Assembly: GCF_036588685.1 (NCBI RefSeq)
Contig: NC_086373.1
Location: 77,748,001 to 77,812,000 of the forward strand
Reading direction: 5' to 3'
Source of the DNA: Mytilus trossulus
Taxonomy: Eukaryota
Length of the DNA: 64,000 nt
Within the stretch, counting starts at the first letter, position 1. Every line of letters starts with the position of its first letter. A program made the position numbers and the translations under genes. The notes under the pieces were generated by a model. The model ran no database searches. It saw nothing but the letters and a program-made list of their open reading frames with translations, and had not been told where the DNA came from. Shown piece by piece: positions 37,260-51,070 of this stretch.

Positions 37260-38519
37260 ATATAAAAATATTTACAAAGCCAAACAAGTAAAAAGGTGAA
37301 GAGCATTATGATTTGAAATTCCAAAAAAAATGACAGTTGTTATTTATTTGTTTGAACTTTTGATTTTGTCATTTGATTAGGGACTTTTCGTATTGAATTT
37401 TTTTCGGAGTTAATCTTTTTTGTGGTTTTATTTCCCACGCCCAGTAGATTAAGGACAAGGAACCATCCTTTAATGCCAGATCTCTTACCAAGGATACATA
37501 TAGCCAATATGAGTTCATATATCGATGGCAAATACCCTTCTGCAATACAATCCGGTTAAAAGGGGCAATTAATATGGGTCCAAACCAAAAAACCTCATAC
37601 GATTAAAATTTATTATGGGAACGTACTTAGATGTTCGCAAGGAGAATTTCAACAGCTTGAATAATCTCAGATGAGATCCAGTAAGTATATCTAACACATT
37701 TATCTCTTTCATAACACAAGAAGTTAAAATGGGTTACAACCAAAATAAATTGCATGATATAGGTCTTCCGAAAGACAATATGATAGACAGGACAGTTTCT
37801 ACGCTTTGTGAAGATGGATTGTAAAAATTCTAAAAGTGATTACTGTAAACGAAATTGAAAGGTCTTAGGAAAGGTTGTTGTTCATATTCAATTAACCTTA
37901 TGTAAATGGATCATTTTGTATACTATCGGTCAACGATATCAACCCCACAGCCACGAATTTACTAATCCTGTAATTGAACCGAATAGGAGATCGATATATT
38001 TCTTTAATATTTTAATTTTCTATTTTCACAAGAGTTTGTACGTTAATTAAATATTTAGGTACCGCACTAAATCTGCTTTTAAGTATTGTTCTTATTGAAG
38101 TTTATATACATTTGAATAGAAATTCCGTGTCATTTTACAATGTGTACCCGGGTGCGGGATTTTCGCGAAGTGTTAAAGAACTTATGGTGGCCTTCGGCTG
38201 TTTTCTGCTCTTTCATCGGGTTATTGTCTCTTTGACACATTCACCATTTCCATTCTCAACTTTATAAGTATTCAGTAACTGAAAGTTAACGAATTTTCCT
38301 TTCTGAGTTATCTCCCCTACACTAATCATGATACATTTGGATATCAATCTTAATGTTTTACAGCAAATAAATAGACTTGACAATGGTAGAATGTTGCAGT
38401 TGTGAACAAGAAGTAGAACAAGAACACCTGTTGTGCTATTGGTATTATTATTTTAGAGAAAGCATTTATATAAATTTTCTATAAAAACATGAACGATAAA
38501 ATATCCTGTTGGACTATAT

Positions 38520-38700
38520 ATATTCATCAAAGATACAAGGCTTAAATTTTTTAGTAAACCAGACGAGCGTTTCGTCTACAGAAGACTCACCAGTAGGACT
38601 ATAATCAAACTGCAGTTGTAAGATCAAATCAAATATGAAGTTATAAGCATTTAAAGCAGAAAATACGAAAAGCTGTGAGGCATTACATGGCTGGGATAAA
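38520..38700 (-). mobile_element. Decayed retrozyme fragment with mutated hammerhead (38557-38600)
   Basis: CUGGUGA replaces CUGAUGA; stem II and GAAAC..GUC are retained; flanks align to the 36821 element. Confidence 0.65.
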
Positions 38701-39213
38701 CTAACCTATGTGTTTATCATCGGATTTTGTCTTATGCTTAGTTCGTTTCTACTTGTGTGTTACATTTTAGAGTTGTGTCGTTGTTCTACTCTTATATTTA
38801 TTGAGTTTCCCTCAGTTTAAGTTTGTAACCCGGATTTGTTTTTTTTCTATCGATTTATGAGTTTCGAACAGCGCTATACTACTGTTGCCTTTATTTGAAT
38901 AAAACAACATTTTATTTGATTGATATCGTTTGAAATTTTCAAAGTTAATGGGCTTTCCCTTTGTTGATTTTCTCTTGCAGTTCGGTATTTGTACTTTTTG
39001 ATAAACATAGAAAATGAACGATCAACGATTTTCAATGTCAACACATAAGTTCTGACTACTGGAGCATGTGATAACCTCGGGGACTGTAGTCTGTCAGCAT
39101 CTACATGGTGGTTGTAAACATTTCAAAGGATAATAAGCCTATTTGACAAAACGTTTGGGAATTTTGGTCCTCTAACTTCGTATTTTATTGGGCTTTTTAA
39201 CATTTTTGTATTC

Positions 39214-39259
39214 GAGCGTCACTGATGAGTCTTTTGTAGACGAAACGCGCGTCTGACGT
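39214..39259 (+). ncRNA. Minimal type I hammerhead ribozyme (intact core)
   Basis: GAGCGUCA-CUGAUGA-GUCU UUUGU AGAC-GAAAC-GCGC-GUC^UGACGU. Helix I is GCGUCA/UGACGU; cleavage after 39253. Confidence 0.85.
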
Positions 39260-41590
39260 AATTTCAAAGTTGAATCCTGGTATCTATGATGAGTTTATTA
39301 GCACGACATACGCGCGTCTCGAATACATAAGGGTCATCAACGATAGTTGAATCAAAATAATTGGAAGGCCAAATGGAATTTGAAGTTGAAGTGCATTAAA
39401 AGAAAAACAAACAAAAATGTCAGAAAATTAGTGTAATATACTCTTTGGCATGTATATGAACATACAATGCAATACATTTTCTTATGTTTGACACTGAAAT
39501 AACAGGTATGCACAAAATTAGCCCTAGAGCATGCCTAAGAGAAAATAAATATTAATTTTATAAAAGCACATTTATATTTATGATACTTCAATATTACTGT
39601 ATAGTGTACATAAACAGTCCTCTAGCCTAATTGTGCTTGCATAACTTGGTGGATTTCCGTTATATTTGTCAGTTGTCTAATCAATGGTGAATACTGTTTT
39701 ATAATAAACATACAATATGGAAGGTGGTTTGCTGTATGACACCTATAATTGCAGCACATATATGTTTACTTATAATATCAAACGCTGGTAACCATCCATA
39801 TTTTTTTTATTTATAAAAGCTAATTATTAAAAGTTAATGTCAAGCTCATGAACTTTGTCATCAAGTCAGTTAAGGACAAACTTTGTTTAATAAAAAGAAA
39901 ATATTGTAACACACAATGAACCGATATAAAAGTAGTGAAATTTATAATTATTTCAAACTAAAAACTTGATTTTCTACAGAAATGTATCTATCTGTAGATA
40001 TTTTTGATTGAGAAGTTCCATACGTTATATGAGAATCAACACTCATGATCTCAAAAAAGATATAAATAAAGGCAACAGTAGTATAACGCTATTCAAAATT
40101 CATAAATCGATAGAGAAAAAAACAAATCCGAAATACAAACTAAAACTGAGGGAAACGTATCAAATGAAAGAGAACTACGACACAACAGAGACGCATCACC
40201 GAAATGTAACACACACAGAAACGAACTAAAGTATAAAATGCGTATATAGAAATAAATGATCTCTAGGTTTAGTAAGAAATGTACTCGCAATTTAGTTGAT
40301 GAATCGCTGTGGTTTAGCATACAATGCAGATATACTTTTTTTTTAAAAGAGATCAACACTACAATGTTTTTATTGCTGTTGTTTTTTTATTTGGTCTTGT
40401 TGTTGTCTCTTTGACACATTCTCCATTTCCATTCTCAATTTTATTAAAGTTTTTCAAATATCCGGAATGAGGCAAAACTTGTTTGTTTATTAACTAATCG
40501 TCGGTCTAAAGTATTTGGGGAATTATTTTATTAAATGTTTAAACGAAATATCAAGGTTTTTCCTGAAAAAACAATAAACAGGATTTTTATAAGATGATGA
40601 AATATATTTAGGTTTATAATTATATATGATTGATTAATACATTTCAACGTAATGTATTGTTTTGTGTGCGTAAATGTTATTGCTGTTAGCAAGGCACCCT
40701 AATTGGAGAATAAATATGTCTTATTCTTATTCATGCCTTGGGCACGAACAACCCTTTGTGTTTCACATAGAAACTAATGAAACTAGTGGTACCATCATGG
40801 TCAAAATATCTACCACCAGTTTCATCGACCCCGTGGAGGTAAAAACTACAAAATACCTGACTCATAGTTTGGTTCGCCAAAATGCAATTTTGATACAAGG
40901 GAGAAATAAAAACTAAAACATGAAACGTGAGAATACATTTTCGGTAGTTCAAAAGTGGACTAAGAAGTTTGCAATTGAAGATATTCGTAAAATTCTCTGA
41001 CTACAGCTACTAGTATTGGTAGTATCATGCTGGTGAATCTTATCAATAACAAACAAGTTTAAAGGACGCTGATGTTGGCGTAAAGGGATGATGCTCATTA
41101 ACATGCTACATCTGTAAACAAAAGTGTATCATGCTGTATAGAGAAACAATCATTGTTTTTGATTTTTCTTGTTTAACCTTTGACACATTGAGCAATCGAT
41201 TGGATAAAAAAAACTGCATTGCCAACATCGCGTGTTACTCATTGCTTAGTTTTCTATGTTGTGTTTTGCATACTGTTTTGTATCACGACCATTTTTCGTT
41301 ATTTTGCCATGACATTGTCAATTTTTTTTCGACGTCCATATAATTCTTTACTTAAACACACATACATATTCTTATATCTATAAATTTGAAATTGGGATAT
41401 TCTCACAATATTTTCCTATTAAAATTTCCCATGACAATGAACAGTTTTGGAAAGCAATATGTTGATATGATAAGGACTGCGTGCAACACTTTAAAAATTT
41501 ATGTTCGGATAATAAATCTTGCACATGTATATGATTTGGTTTCATTATTTTTTTAAAAATTAATAGTCTGCAAAGATTAATTTACATTGG

Positions 41591-42073
41591 TTGAAGTCAT
41601 ATGAAATCTCAAATTAACAAAAGTATGCATATATGTTTTTTTATAACAAAATAGATAGTTTTCATTATTAAATCTATGTAAATACTTTTTCTGAAGAAAA
41701 TAATTTAATTTGTCCACACTAAGAAGAAGTTTCCTTTTTTATTGCTTGCTTCCGGAAGCAAGCAATTCGCCGACATATTTTCCGTATGCAAAGTGACCCT
41801 AGCGTGAATCTGCTCATAAAAATCTGGTGATCTTAAACTTAAACTTAAACTAAACTCGGTAATCTTTGGAGTCAAAACACGGCATTTAATGAGCTGCCAT
41901 ATTTGTTAAATCATCACAGGATGAAAGAAAAAAAATGAAGAGTATACGATGTATTTGCGTAAAAAATGAAAACATTGTGCACGGAAGACTAAGTCTATGA
42001 TATATACATGCATTGGTTCAAGAATTGAATAAACATGATTTTTTCTCCAGTCACTCGTTTCATATGACTTTAA
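41591..42073. mobile_element. Kolobok-like MITE
   Basis: TTGA-AGTCATATGAAA ... TTTCATATGACT-TTAA (AG termini, TTAA-like TSD). Confidence 0.65.
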
Positions 42074-42183
42074 AATACCAGTTTAACAAGCTTCTTATGC
42101 CAAAAAATAAAATAAAATGAAAACTACACGTTATAAAAGTAAATTTCATGCGTCCGAAGCGCTTTTAAAGATTTACCTTCACC

Positions 42184-42545
42184 AATAGACCACTTTCGAG
42201 TTCATCCGTCACCGAAAACACATCTTCAATTATGCGCGCCATTATGATCGCCTGTATCCGTGCACTATTGACATTTATCAAGCTTCTTATCGTCATTGCG
42301 TAGGATAAACTAGAAATAATGTTTTTTTTTTGTAAGTACTAAATCACAATACCCTAATGACAGCAGTGCTGATTGTCAATTATGAGAATTTGATTTGCCG
42401 AATAATTCGTGCAATATAGTTATATAGTTTTCCAACCACTCGCTTAACATTAGAATCGAAATGACGATACCCCTAAACGCACGAATGATGTTCACTGAAA
42501 CCAGAGTTTTTGACGGAAATGCATCGAACTCGAAAGTTGTCTATT
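42184..42545. mobile_element. MITE with 20-bp TIRs
   Basis: AATAGACCACTTTCGAGTTC / GAACTCGAAAGTTGTCTATT (1 mismatch), plus internal TCCGTCA/TGACGGA. Confidence 0.75.
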
Positions 42546-43429
42546 CTCTCGATTAATAATCAACTCTTTCTTGCTTTTTATATAGATTATACCGTTAGTT
42601 TTCCTGTTTGAATTGTTCAACACAAGTCATTTTGCGACCTCTTTTAGCTTCATACTGTTTTGTGTGAAGCAAGGCTACGTGTGAAAAGCCGTACTTATAA
42701 CGGTTTATTTTCTACAAATTGTGACTTGGATGGAGAGTTGTCTCATTGGCACTCTTACTGGTTATTGATGTATAATACACTATAGATAGTATTTCCTTAA
42801 TCATTAGAAGAGCTTTTTATTGCCCTAGCTTTTACACACAGAAAAATCAAGCAGCGATTTTTTCTGCTATGTTTTACAGTTTAAATAACCGGCAGACCAT
42901 GATTATACAATGCAGTGCACCCAGACTCATTTACTTCGGTACATACAATTATGTGTCAAGGATAAGAAATATAATATTATTCCAATACGCAATTCAATTG
43001 CAACTGCTAACCGGAAGAAAAGGAGATTGTTGTCAATTTTAAAAATGAGGTCAAATATCTAGATTTCAGCATTTTGCAATTGATCATTGTCGTTTCAGTT
43101 TGATGTAAAACAAACACAATCGTACCTTATATGTATTACGAGCCATTATTTGTCTCCTAAAATTCACAAACCGAATTTAGTATAGCAAAGTGATATCGTA
43201 TGAACTCTAGAAAATTAAATGAAACACGATGACCATGAATATCTGGAAATTCTAAACAGACGATATATAATGCTACGTCAGAAAATATATTTTTGATTAA
43301 AAAAAGTGGAATGCCAGCATGAGCTTTGTTTTTTTAACCCCTTTATATTTGAAAATAACGGTAGACTAAATTATATGATAGGACTTGACGATTTCAAATA
43401 TTTTTCATTAAGTATCGGAAATTTTGTAT

Positions 43430-43720
43430 TAAAGAGGCAAAATGGTGATTTGTATCATAATCTAGATTTTTTTTGGCTGAGAAATGTGAAAACAATAGGA
43501 AACTTGAAATTAACCAGTTTGTCAGAGATTCTTGTTTGAAGTCGCCCATGTTTGTCAATATCGAGGATAAGATCAAGATATGAAGAAGACCTGGTCGTTT
43601 CCTTTATATCAAGTACATGGATATATCTGATGTAAGCACTCATTGAAATGTTGGTAATGTAGTGACAGAACATCAGTAATATATCTGAAAATGCTATTAA
43701 AGAACTTTGCATAATTTGTT
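43430..43720 (-). pseudogene. Penelope-like RT fragment
   Basis: LDIKETTRSSSYLDLILDIDKHGRLQTRISDK.VNFKFPIV parallels LEIKDTTDTRRTASYLDL..TKIYDKQDDFNF of the 53925-55680 remnant. Confidence 0.65.
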
Positions 43721-44199
43721 TTCATTTTGTCTGTCAAAATATTCTTATGCTTTATGCTTTCTATGAAATATGAATTATGTTATTCTTTAAAATGTAAATT
43801 TTCTGTGGAAAGGACTTAAAACATTAAATCATCAGAATGGTGTAATGAATATTTGTTCGTACCAATGGAACATGAGGTATATCTAAAGATTCCCTTGAAG
43901 ATATTTGGAAAAAAAAAATTTGAGTTAAATGTTTTGCTGTAATGGTATTTCCAAATCCATTTTTTAGTTAGATTTGGATGTATTTATTGCGGTAAGCTTG
44001 AAAGCAAAAACAGACAAAACATAGTAAGTATCATGAATATTCTTATAGTTCAATTCTGACAAATAAAACTTTTCTAAATATCAGCTAGCTGATTTCAAAG
44101 TGTTATTTTCCCAAAAGATTTCACTTATATCATGAGACACATTTGTTTGATTGTCTACATCATCAGATAGATGGTCCTTTATCTTATCGAATTGTTAAC

Positions 44200-44420
44200 C
44201 AATGTACCAGGTTTACAATCTAATACGCCAGACGCGCGTTTCATATACATGTACATAAAAATCATCAGCTACGCTCAGATCAAAATAATTTAAAAAAAAA
44301 AGAAAAGCCAAACAAGTACAAAGCTAAAGATCATTAATGACCCAATATTCCAAAATATTGAGCCAAATACGGCTTATAAGGTTATCTATGCCTGGGATAA
44401 GAAAATCCTTAGTATTTCAA
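44200..44420 (-). mobile_element. Retrozyme fragment with hammerhead whose stem II is disrupted (44224-44276)
   Basis: GAGCGUAG-CUGAUGA-(AT-rich insert)-GAAAC GCGC GUC UGGCGUA; flanks align with 36840-37030. Confidence 0.7.
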
Positions 44421-45107
44421 TTTATTAATTTAGTTTTTTTTTATTCCGATCTTTTATAGTTTACTATTTACAAGTTTGTAATCGGGCTCTGATGGTATAC
44501 ATAATTTTTAATTTCAATTTGTCTGTTTATTACCTGTTTCTCTATATGCACTATTTTGCTTTTCTTAGGTAATATCTTCTTATGAGTGTATTTGGTTCAG
44601 ATATTCTTCAAATAAACGCTATGATGAGTTTATTTAGCAATCAAAAGGTAGAAACGCTTGAGCTTGGATTTTACATATGGGAACGCCATTTCAGTTTATT
44701 GCTGGTAACAACAGCTTCTTATTATATAAGTTTTCTTATTGTACATCTTTTTGAATATAAACCACCATGCAGACACAGATAAAAAACTAAATCTACAGTT
44801 GAAAATTCGTTCCGGCCTTCCCTTCTCACTCATTATAGAACTCATACCATTCCTAATGTGGGTTGACTAAATTTGTGTCTTTCTGATTGATTTTCTAGTT
44901 ATGAAATCGGTAAACTAACTTAATGTTACTTTAATAAACCCTTGCAACACCACTCATGTTGTGAAACATTATAGCCTGTCCAGAAAAATATTGCATTGTC
45001 TTATAATCTTAAGCACTATAAAAACAAATAACTATTTCAACAAAGAAAAAAACAAAATGCCATATAGACAACTTCGAATTTGTTTGGCTTTCTATTTTGT
45101 TTTATAT

Positions 45108-45155
45108 GAGCGTCACTGATGAGGCTTATATAGACGAAACACGCGTCTGGCGTTC
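45108..45155 (+). ncRNA. Type I hammerhead ribozyme (core intact, stem II mismatch)
   Basis: GAGCGUCA-CUGAUGA-GGCU UAUAU AGAC-GAAAC-ACGC-GUC^UGGCGUUC; 8-bp helix I, G.A mismatch in stem II. Confidence 0.65.
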
Positions 45156-46319
45156 TAAATTATACTACTGGTACCTAGACAAAGTATATATATATATAAA
45201 TAAATAAACGACAGGAATACAAAATATGAACATAGGACAATCACACGATTGTTTGATGTTTTGATACCGAGTCACGTATATTACCGACAATGACTCTACA
45301 CTTTGTGTCAATGTGTTTAACGAGTAAATCTCATTTTAATGGATCATTGGTCAGACTTTGTGGTAAGTAATAGCTTTTTGATATCAAATACTTACTATTC
45401 TGACATCATCAATGTAATAAACGAGATGTTACAACGTACTTACACTTGACTTGTGTACCGCATAATGTTGGTAGAAAACATCATTGTATATATTTCGGTC
45501 AATTGTATAATTAGGCTAAGACTATGTTTATTTAAGGATGAAAAACCCAACGCCAGACTAAAGTATAGATGAATTAAAGACATTAGATTTGCTACAGGTA
45601 TCATCTTATAGTAGTCTAAACATATTAAATGCTATAAATACCGCGAATAACAGGACATCAAAACGGTAGATTTGGTCTCAGTTTTACATTTAATCGAAAT
45701 CGGTTACCTAATTCGTTCAAGCCAATGATAATGTCTTCTATAAATGACATATAAGTTGATATATTTTTTACTTTCAACATAGTGTAACTTTGTGGTATAG
45801 CATTTTATCACAATGATATAAGATAAAGCATTTTCTGGAGGAAAAAAATAAGATGATATATATTTTTGAAAACAGTTTTTCATAATATTGAAATATGTAA
45901 TCGTTATTTAAGCATTATTTCTTGTAACAACATGATTTAAAAGAAACTTGTGTGTGGATTTTCATATCCCAGTATTACACACAGTATTTCGTAATATAGA
46001 AATATGTAATCTTTGATACAAGCATTATTTCTTGTAACAACATGCTTTAAAAGAAACTGTTGTTTTTTTTGTGGTTTTAAATAAAAGAATATTTACCTAA
46101 TGCTATATTCTATGATTTAATATTTTACCCGTTTATAAAAGCTTGATTTGAATGTGAAACTTGAAATTTTTAAAGGATAACCTTTTTTTCTCTATTTCTT
46201 TCAGATCCACATGCATTCCATTGTTTATAATGTTGTCCTAGTTAGCTTAATTATGAAAGGACCAGTGTGTGAGGACTAGTGTAAGCGTTTGACATCATAT
46301 TGTGTTTATTGCAAAGCTT

Positions 46320-46602
46320 TCACGAATGTGACCTACCGAATAAGAATATTTACCGGATTTGTTATCACATAAGCAACACGACGGGTGCCACATGTGGAGC
46401 AGGATCTGCTTACCCTTCCGGAGCACCTGAGATCACCCCTAGTATTTGGTGGGGTTCGTGTTGTTTATTCTTTAGTTTTCTATGTTGTGGCATGTCTTCT
46501 ATTGTTTGTCTGTTTGTCTTTTTCATTTTAAGCTATGGCGTTGTCAGTTGATTTTAGATTGATGAGTTTGACTGTCTCTTTGGTATCTTTCAACCCTCTT
46601 TT
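46320..46602 (+). repeat. Dispersed SINE-like repeat (possibly a retroelement 3' end)
   Basis: GC-richer core ACGGGTGCCACATGTGGAGCAGGATCTGCTTACCCTTCCGGAGCACCTGAGATCACCCC; related copies at 12840-13150 (-) and 13295-13380 (+). Confidence 0.8.
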
Positions 46603-47203
46603 AAGAAATCCTATCTTCCTGAAACGAATGAGCGAATTTGAATCAAACTTTAAACTGCAGTATTTATTGCAGTTATGTCATATGACCATTTCGTTAACGC
46701 CTTTCCTAACATGAAGGATAGAAGTAAATGGCTTTATCTGAAACAACAATAATGGGACAATCATTATCAAACTTTTATGAGATGAAACATGTGATGATAC
46801 TTTTTAATATAACTTTTTGACACTATCAACTTTGAAACAAAATTTTAATTCATGAAATTACATGAAGAATCTATGGCTGCCAAATTGGTTGAAATACCAA
46901 GATTGCTGTGCATCGCAGTGCAAAGGTATAAGTACGATTCATTTTCCAACGTACCCTTATTCTTTAGAGGAAGTCGAAATTCCCCGCCTTATTCTCATCA
47001 GATTTATCTTACAAAATCTACAAAGTGATATTAAAAATGAGACATTTTCCACTTGACAGTTCGAAAATAAACTCATCATAGATACGAGGATTCAGCTCGT
47101 TGATGTTGTGTTTTTAAGTTTCAAATAATTTGGCCCCATCCCTACTGAAGAGAATTCAATTGTCAAAATGCATATCTTTTGCAATAAAAAATAATACCTT
47201 TAG

Positions 47204-47319
47204 TATTGGGCCGGTTAAGGCCATTTCGCGTTTTCGACTTCGCGTTTTCGAGTTTTCGGCCTATATAATATAAAGGGCGAAAACGCGAAAACGCGAAATG
47301 GCCTTAACCGACCACCTTA
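47204..47319. mobile_element. ~115-bp palindromic MITE
   Basis: CGGTTAAGGCCATTTCGCGTTTTCG / CGAAAACGCGAAATGGCCTTAACCG perfect 25-bp inverted repeat; TA at both outer ends. Confidence 0.75.
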
Positions 47320-47374
47320 CCTCAGTGTCATACATGCCACTGCGTTGCAATTAAAATCCCAGTCAAAGATTATA

Positions 47375-47545
47375 TTAGCCGTATTTTGCACAATTTTTTT
47401 GAATTTTGGTCATCAATGCTCTTCAACTTTTTACTTGTTTGGCTTTCTAACTATTTTGATCTGATCGTCTCTGGTGAGTCTTATGTAGACAAAACGCGCG
47501 TCTGGCTTACCAAATGATATATCTCGTATCTTTGATAACTATATT
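47375..47545 (+). mobile_element. Retrozyme fragment with inactivated hammerhead (47461-47506)
   Basis: CTGGTGA...GAC-AAAAC GCGC GTC TGGC (two core substitutions). Ends TTTGATAACTAT, like the 36821 element. Confidence 0.7.
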
Positions 47546-50500
47546 TATTAACCATAGATATTTTTTGATTATAATTGTATTGACATTTTTGAAAGTAATG
47601 GTTGGCATCCCCAACAGGAGAACCACGGAGAATTTAGATGTAGGCCAGAAGTTAGTACTTTTGTTCTAGCATGACAAGACGGGTATTGTTTAATCTGAAT
47701 TTTTTGTTCAATCTTTCAGATACATTTTAAAATAAGGAAAATGTCCCTCGTGCTTAGATCTGATACGTTGTCCGTGTTTGGGTTTAATTTTTATCAATTT
47801 CGGGTTTCTTACCTCTTCAATGCTTTGGGTTTTGCACATTCAAATATTGATCCTCGTATCTTCGAGTATCAACGAAGAGACATTAATTACCAAAATACAC
47901 ATCTTCTGCAATTATAGTTGTACCGTTTATGGTATCAATTATGCATATGATAATGATTTTGCAGGGCTTATATTGGTTAACATTTCGAAATTGTAGATCC
48001 TTAATGCTATTCAACTTTGTTCTGTATTTAGCCTTATAATTTTTTATTCGAAAGTCGCTAATGAATCTTTGTAGATGAAACGCGCTGGTGTATACAATTA
48101 TCAGCATGGCACCTGTAATGGGTTATTTGTTGTACCTTTCCCTTAAATTCAATATTGTAGTTGTGTAAGTAATCAGTACTAATTTTAACTGCAATCTATA
48201 AATGGTATATAATTATGCAATTTGAAAATCAGAATTTAATTGAAAATAGATAACTAAAATTAATGTACACATCTACGTCATTTGAGATCTGGTGGAGCAT
48301 TGCCTTATAGACAATCATAATCATAAATCTGATTTTTATATGAAAGTCATTTATTAAAAAACTTTTCTTTTGAAAAATATATAACCCGAATGAATGTAGT
48401 TGCCTCGTACATAGCTCCGATTTCTTTTTTTGGTTTGACTATTATTTATGTCCTTTTCTGGGTTTGACTATTGTTTATGTCCTTTTTTGTGATGTAAGCT
48501 CTTCAATGTGTTTTAGGTTTCGGATTTCCAATGAGTTTGGCCTCAATTAAACATGAAGATGTATTGATTGTCGGAAAACACTTCTGTGTAGTGTAGTTGC
48601 ATGCCTATTGTCTTTTTTTTTTTTTTTTAAAGTTATGTTGTACCTTGCTTTGGCTAATGGTTTCAGGAGTCAGAAATATGAATCTTTTTTTTTCATTTCT
48701 AATGGTGTTTTTGTGTTTTTCCATTTGGAAGAGTACTTTCCGTTTTCCATATTTCTTCGGAGTTCGGTATTTTAGTTATACATGTATACTGTTTTTCGAT
48801 TGTACGATGTTCTCTGACTTTTTCGCATTATTTTGGTCGGATATTTCTTTTGAAACTACTATAACTACTATACAGATTGACTTCATATTTAATCAACAGA
48901 TTGCAAATGGTGTGTTATAAAGTGTGATCACGGTTAAGATAAGTGAGATACCTGTTTCCTGTTTGTCAGTCCTTAGAATTCTTCTTTTGTTGAATTAACT
49001 TAATGTATTTCGTGACAAGTTTCTCCAATACTACCGCACACAATTATTTCTCATTTGGTCAGCATACATTTGAAATGTAACATGTGTGGGGGTTTCCGGA
49101 CATGTCAGCAGTGAGTTCCTGATTGGAATACGTTAATTTACAAGTAATCCTAGTACGACAATGAATACATTCTTGCTGTTTTCTAATTGTTTTCGTTTGT
49201 CTGAGGTATTGGCTGGTGGTAAAATTTTATGAATAAATGTTCTTTTACTAAAAATTTACCAAACCCGGTTGCTCTTTTCCTGACAATGAGTTTCAGTTTT
49301 CTGAAATTTGAGACTGTAAATATGTTTAAGACGTATCCATATTAATTCGGGACAACACACCTTTTTTTATTAGTGGTGTTAACAATATAATAGTGGAATA
49401 GGAGTGTTAATGTCAATCTTTTTCAAGGAGCTAGAAATTATAACCCTGTTTAGCTCATGTCTACCGTTTATTATGTCGTCACTTTCACCCACACGTCACG
49501 AACTCTAAATGTCATACTTCTACTTATGTCACATAAATGTAAAATTAATTGATGTATTTAGATGAAACACAACTGATAATACATAGAATAAGTAGTTTGT
49601 ATATCGCGAGGGACAATTATAGGAGTAATGTTTATTGCTATCCTGGGATTCATACTGCTCATAGCCATGGTACTTACTTCCACGTAAATCTGTTTATTTA
49701 GAATAAGTTGTTAACATTTTAAATGTATGACTGACATTAAACAATCGGATAATTGCAATTTGTATTAAAAATTTACATCAATTTACCTTTTTATTATTCG
49801 TGTTAATACATAATACAGAGTTTTCATTGTAAACAGATTTTAATCATTACTTATACAGACCATTGTGTTTCTAATATTTTTCATCGATGACAGAAACATA
49901 CACAAGGTCATATGACAATCAATATGATCAATAAGATATATTTTCTGTAACAATCTAGTTACAAAAGCGTCCTGGTCTAAAAGATAAAAGCTGTGTCATC
50001 CCAACAAGAATTGTATATATATAATATCATACAAACAATCGTGTGTATTGAATTATATCTTAAATTTCATATAAAGGTTTATGTCAAATCTTAGTGCGTT
50101 ATCATTTGTTTATTTCGATTCCTTTTGGTATAAATCCTTAACTGCATTTATACTGCAAGGGCAGGTATGTATCAACTTAACAGCTGACACGTTGCCCCAA
50201 CCAAAAATGATCTCGAGGTCGAACAAAAATTGTTCATCTACAGACTCTATGTAATTCAACCTTTCAATGTGATTTGTTGCTAAATTAATTCAGTAGTCGT
50301 TATCTGCAAAACAACAGTCACGTTAAATGAGGTAGAATTGTCATGTTTAATTCGGCTTAAAAAAAAACGAACAAAAAAACAAAATTAGTTTGTCATTTGT
50401 AGCAAAGCACTATTTTATTCATGTAAGATTATTACGGCAACAGCAGATTATCAATGTTTAGCTCTCGTAAGTCGATTTAGACGAGACAACTCAATGTAAC

Positions 50501-50889
50501 TAACTCAAACTGAGGGAATCTAATAAACTCCAATAGCTACCTGACCGAGTGTGTCAAAAGGGTACATATTATAGACAAGTTAAGCGTCTACTTCTATGCG
50601 TGCATCACCCACCAGCCGAATGCATCCACTGAAAAAAAGTCCCAAATCGGAAAGAAATAGGACACAATCGGTAACATCACAGATCAGACAATTGAATGTT
50701 TGAGAACGAGAAAGCATGTCACTAGTGAGTTGAGACCCGGGTACTATATTCCCGTCAACAAATTTGTGATGGTGATCCCAACACATATATTCTATATAAT
50801 ATCGAGTTCATTCGTTTTTCCTAATAACTCGGTTGATTGTGTTTTGAGGACATGCATGTAAACGAAGTAGGCAGAAATTAAACATTTAA

Positions 50890-51070
50890 CCCAGCGGGCA
50901 CATCAACGTTGCTTCAACGTTGAAACAACATCATGCTGAAACGTTGAATCAACGTTGAATAATAGGTTGATAATGAAAGGTCATTTCAACGTTGAAAATA
51001 CAACGTTGCATCAACGTTTAGATATCAACGTTCATTCAACGTTGAAAACTCATAGTTGATACAACGTTGA
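50890..51070 (+). mobile_element. Terminal fragment of a CMC/EnSpm-like element with palindromic subterminal repeats
   Basis: Starts CCCAGCGGGCACA, followed by ~10 copies of (T)CAACGTT(G). No matching opposite end was found. Confidence 0.5.

Larger units (their letters stand above)
36821..37330 (-). mobile_element. Non-LTR retrozyme: ~1.4 tandem units (359-nt period) with two type I hammerhead ribozymes
   Basis: ~150-bp direct repeats 36821-36970 / 37180-37330, each containing a hammerhead. Inserted into another repeat, splitting CAGGAAT|ATGACAG, which is intact at 51478 and 59316. Confidence 0.85.

Noticed and set aside
45880-46060. ~110-bp imperfect direct duplication
   Set aside because: Simple local duplication with no termini, ORF or structure.
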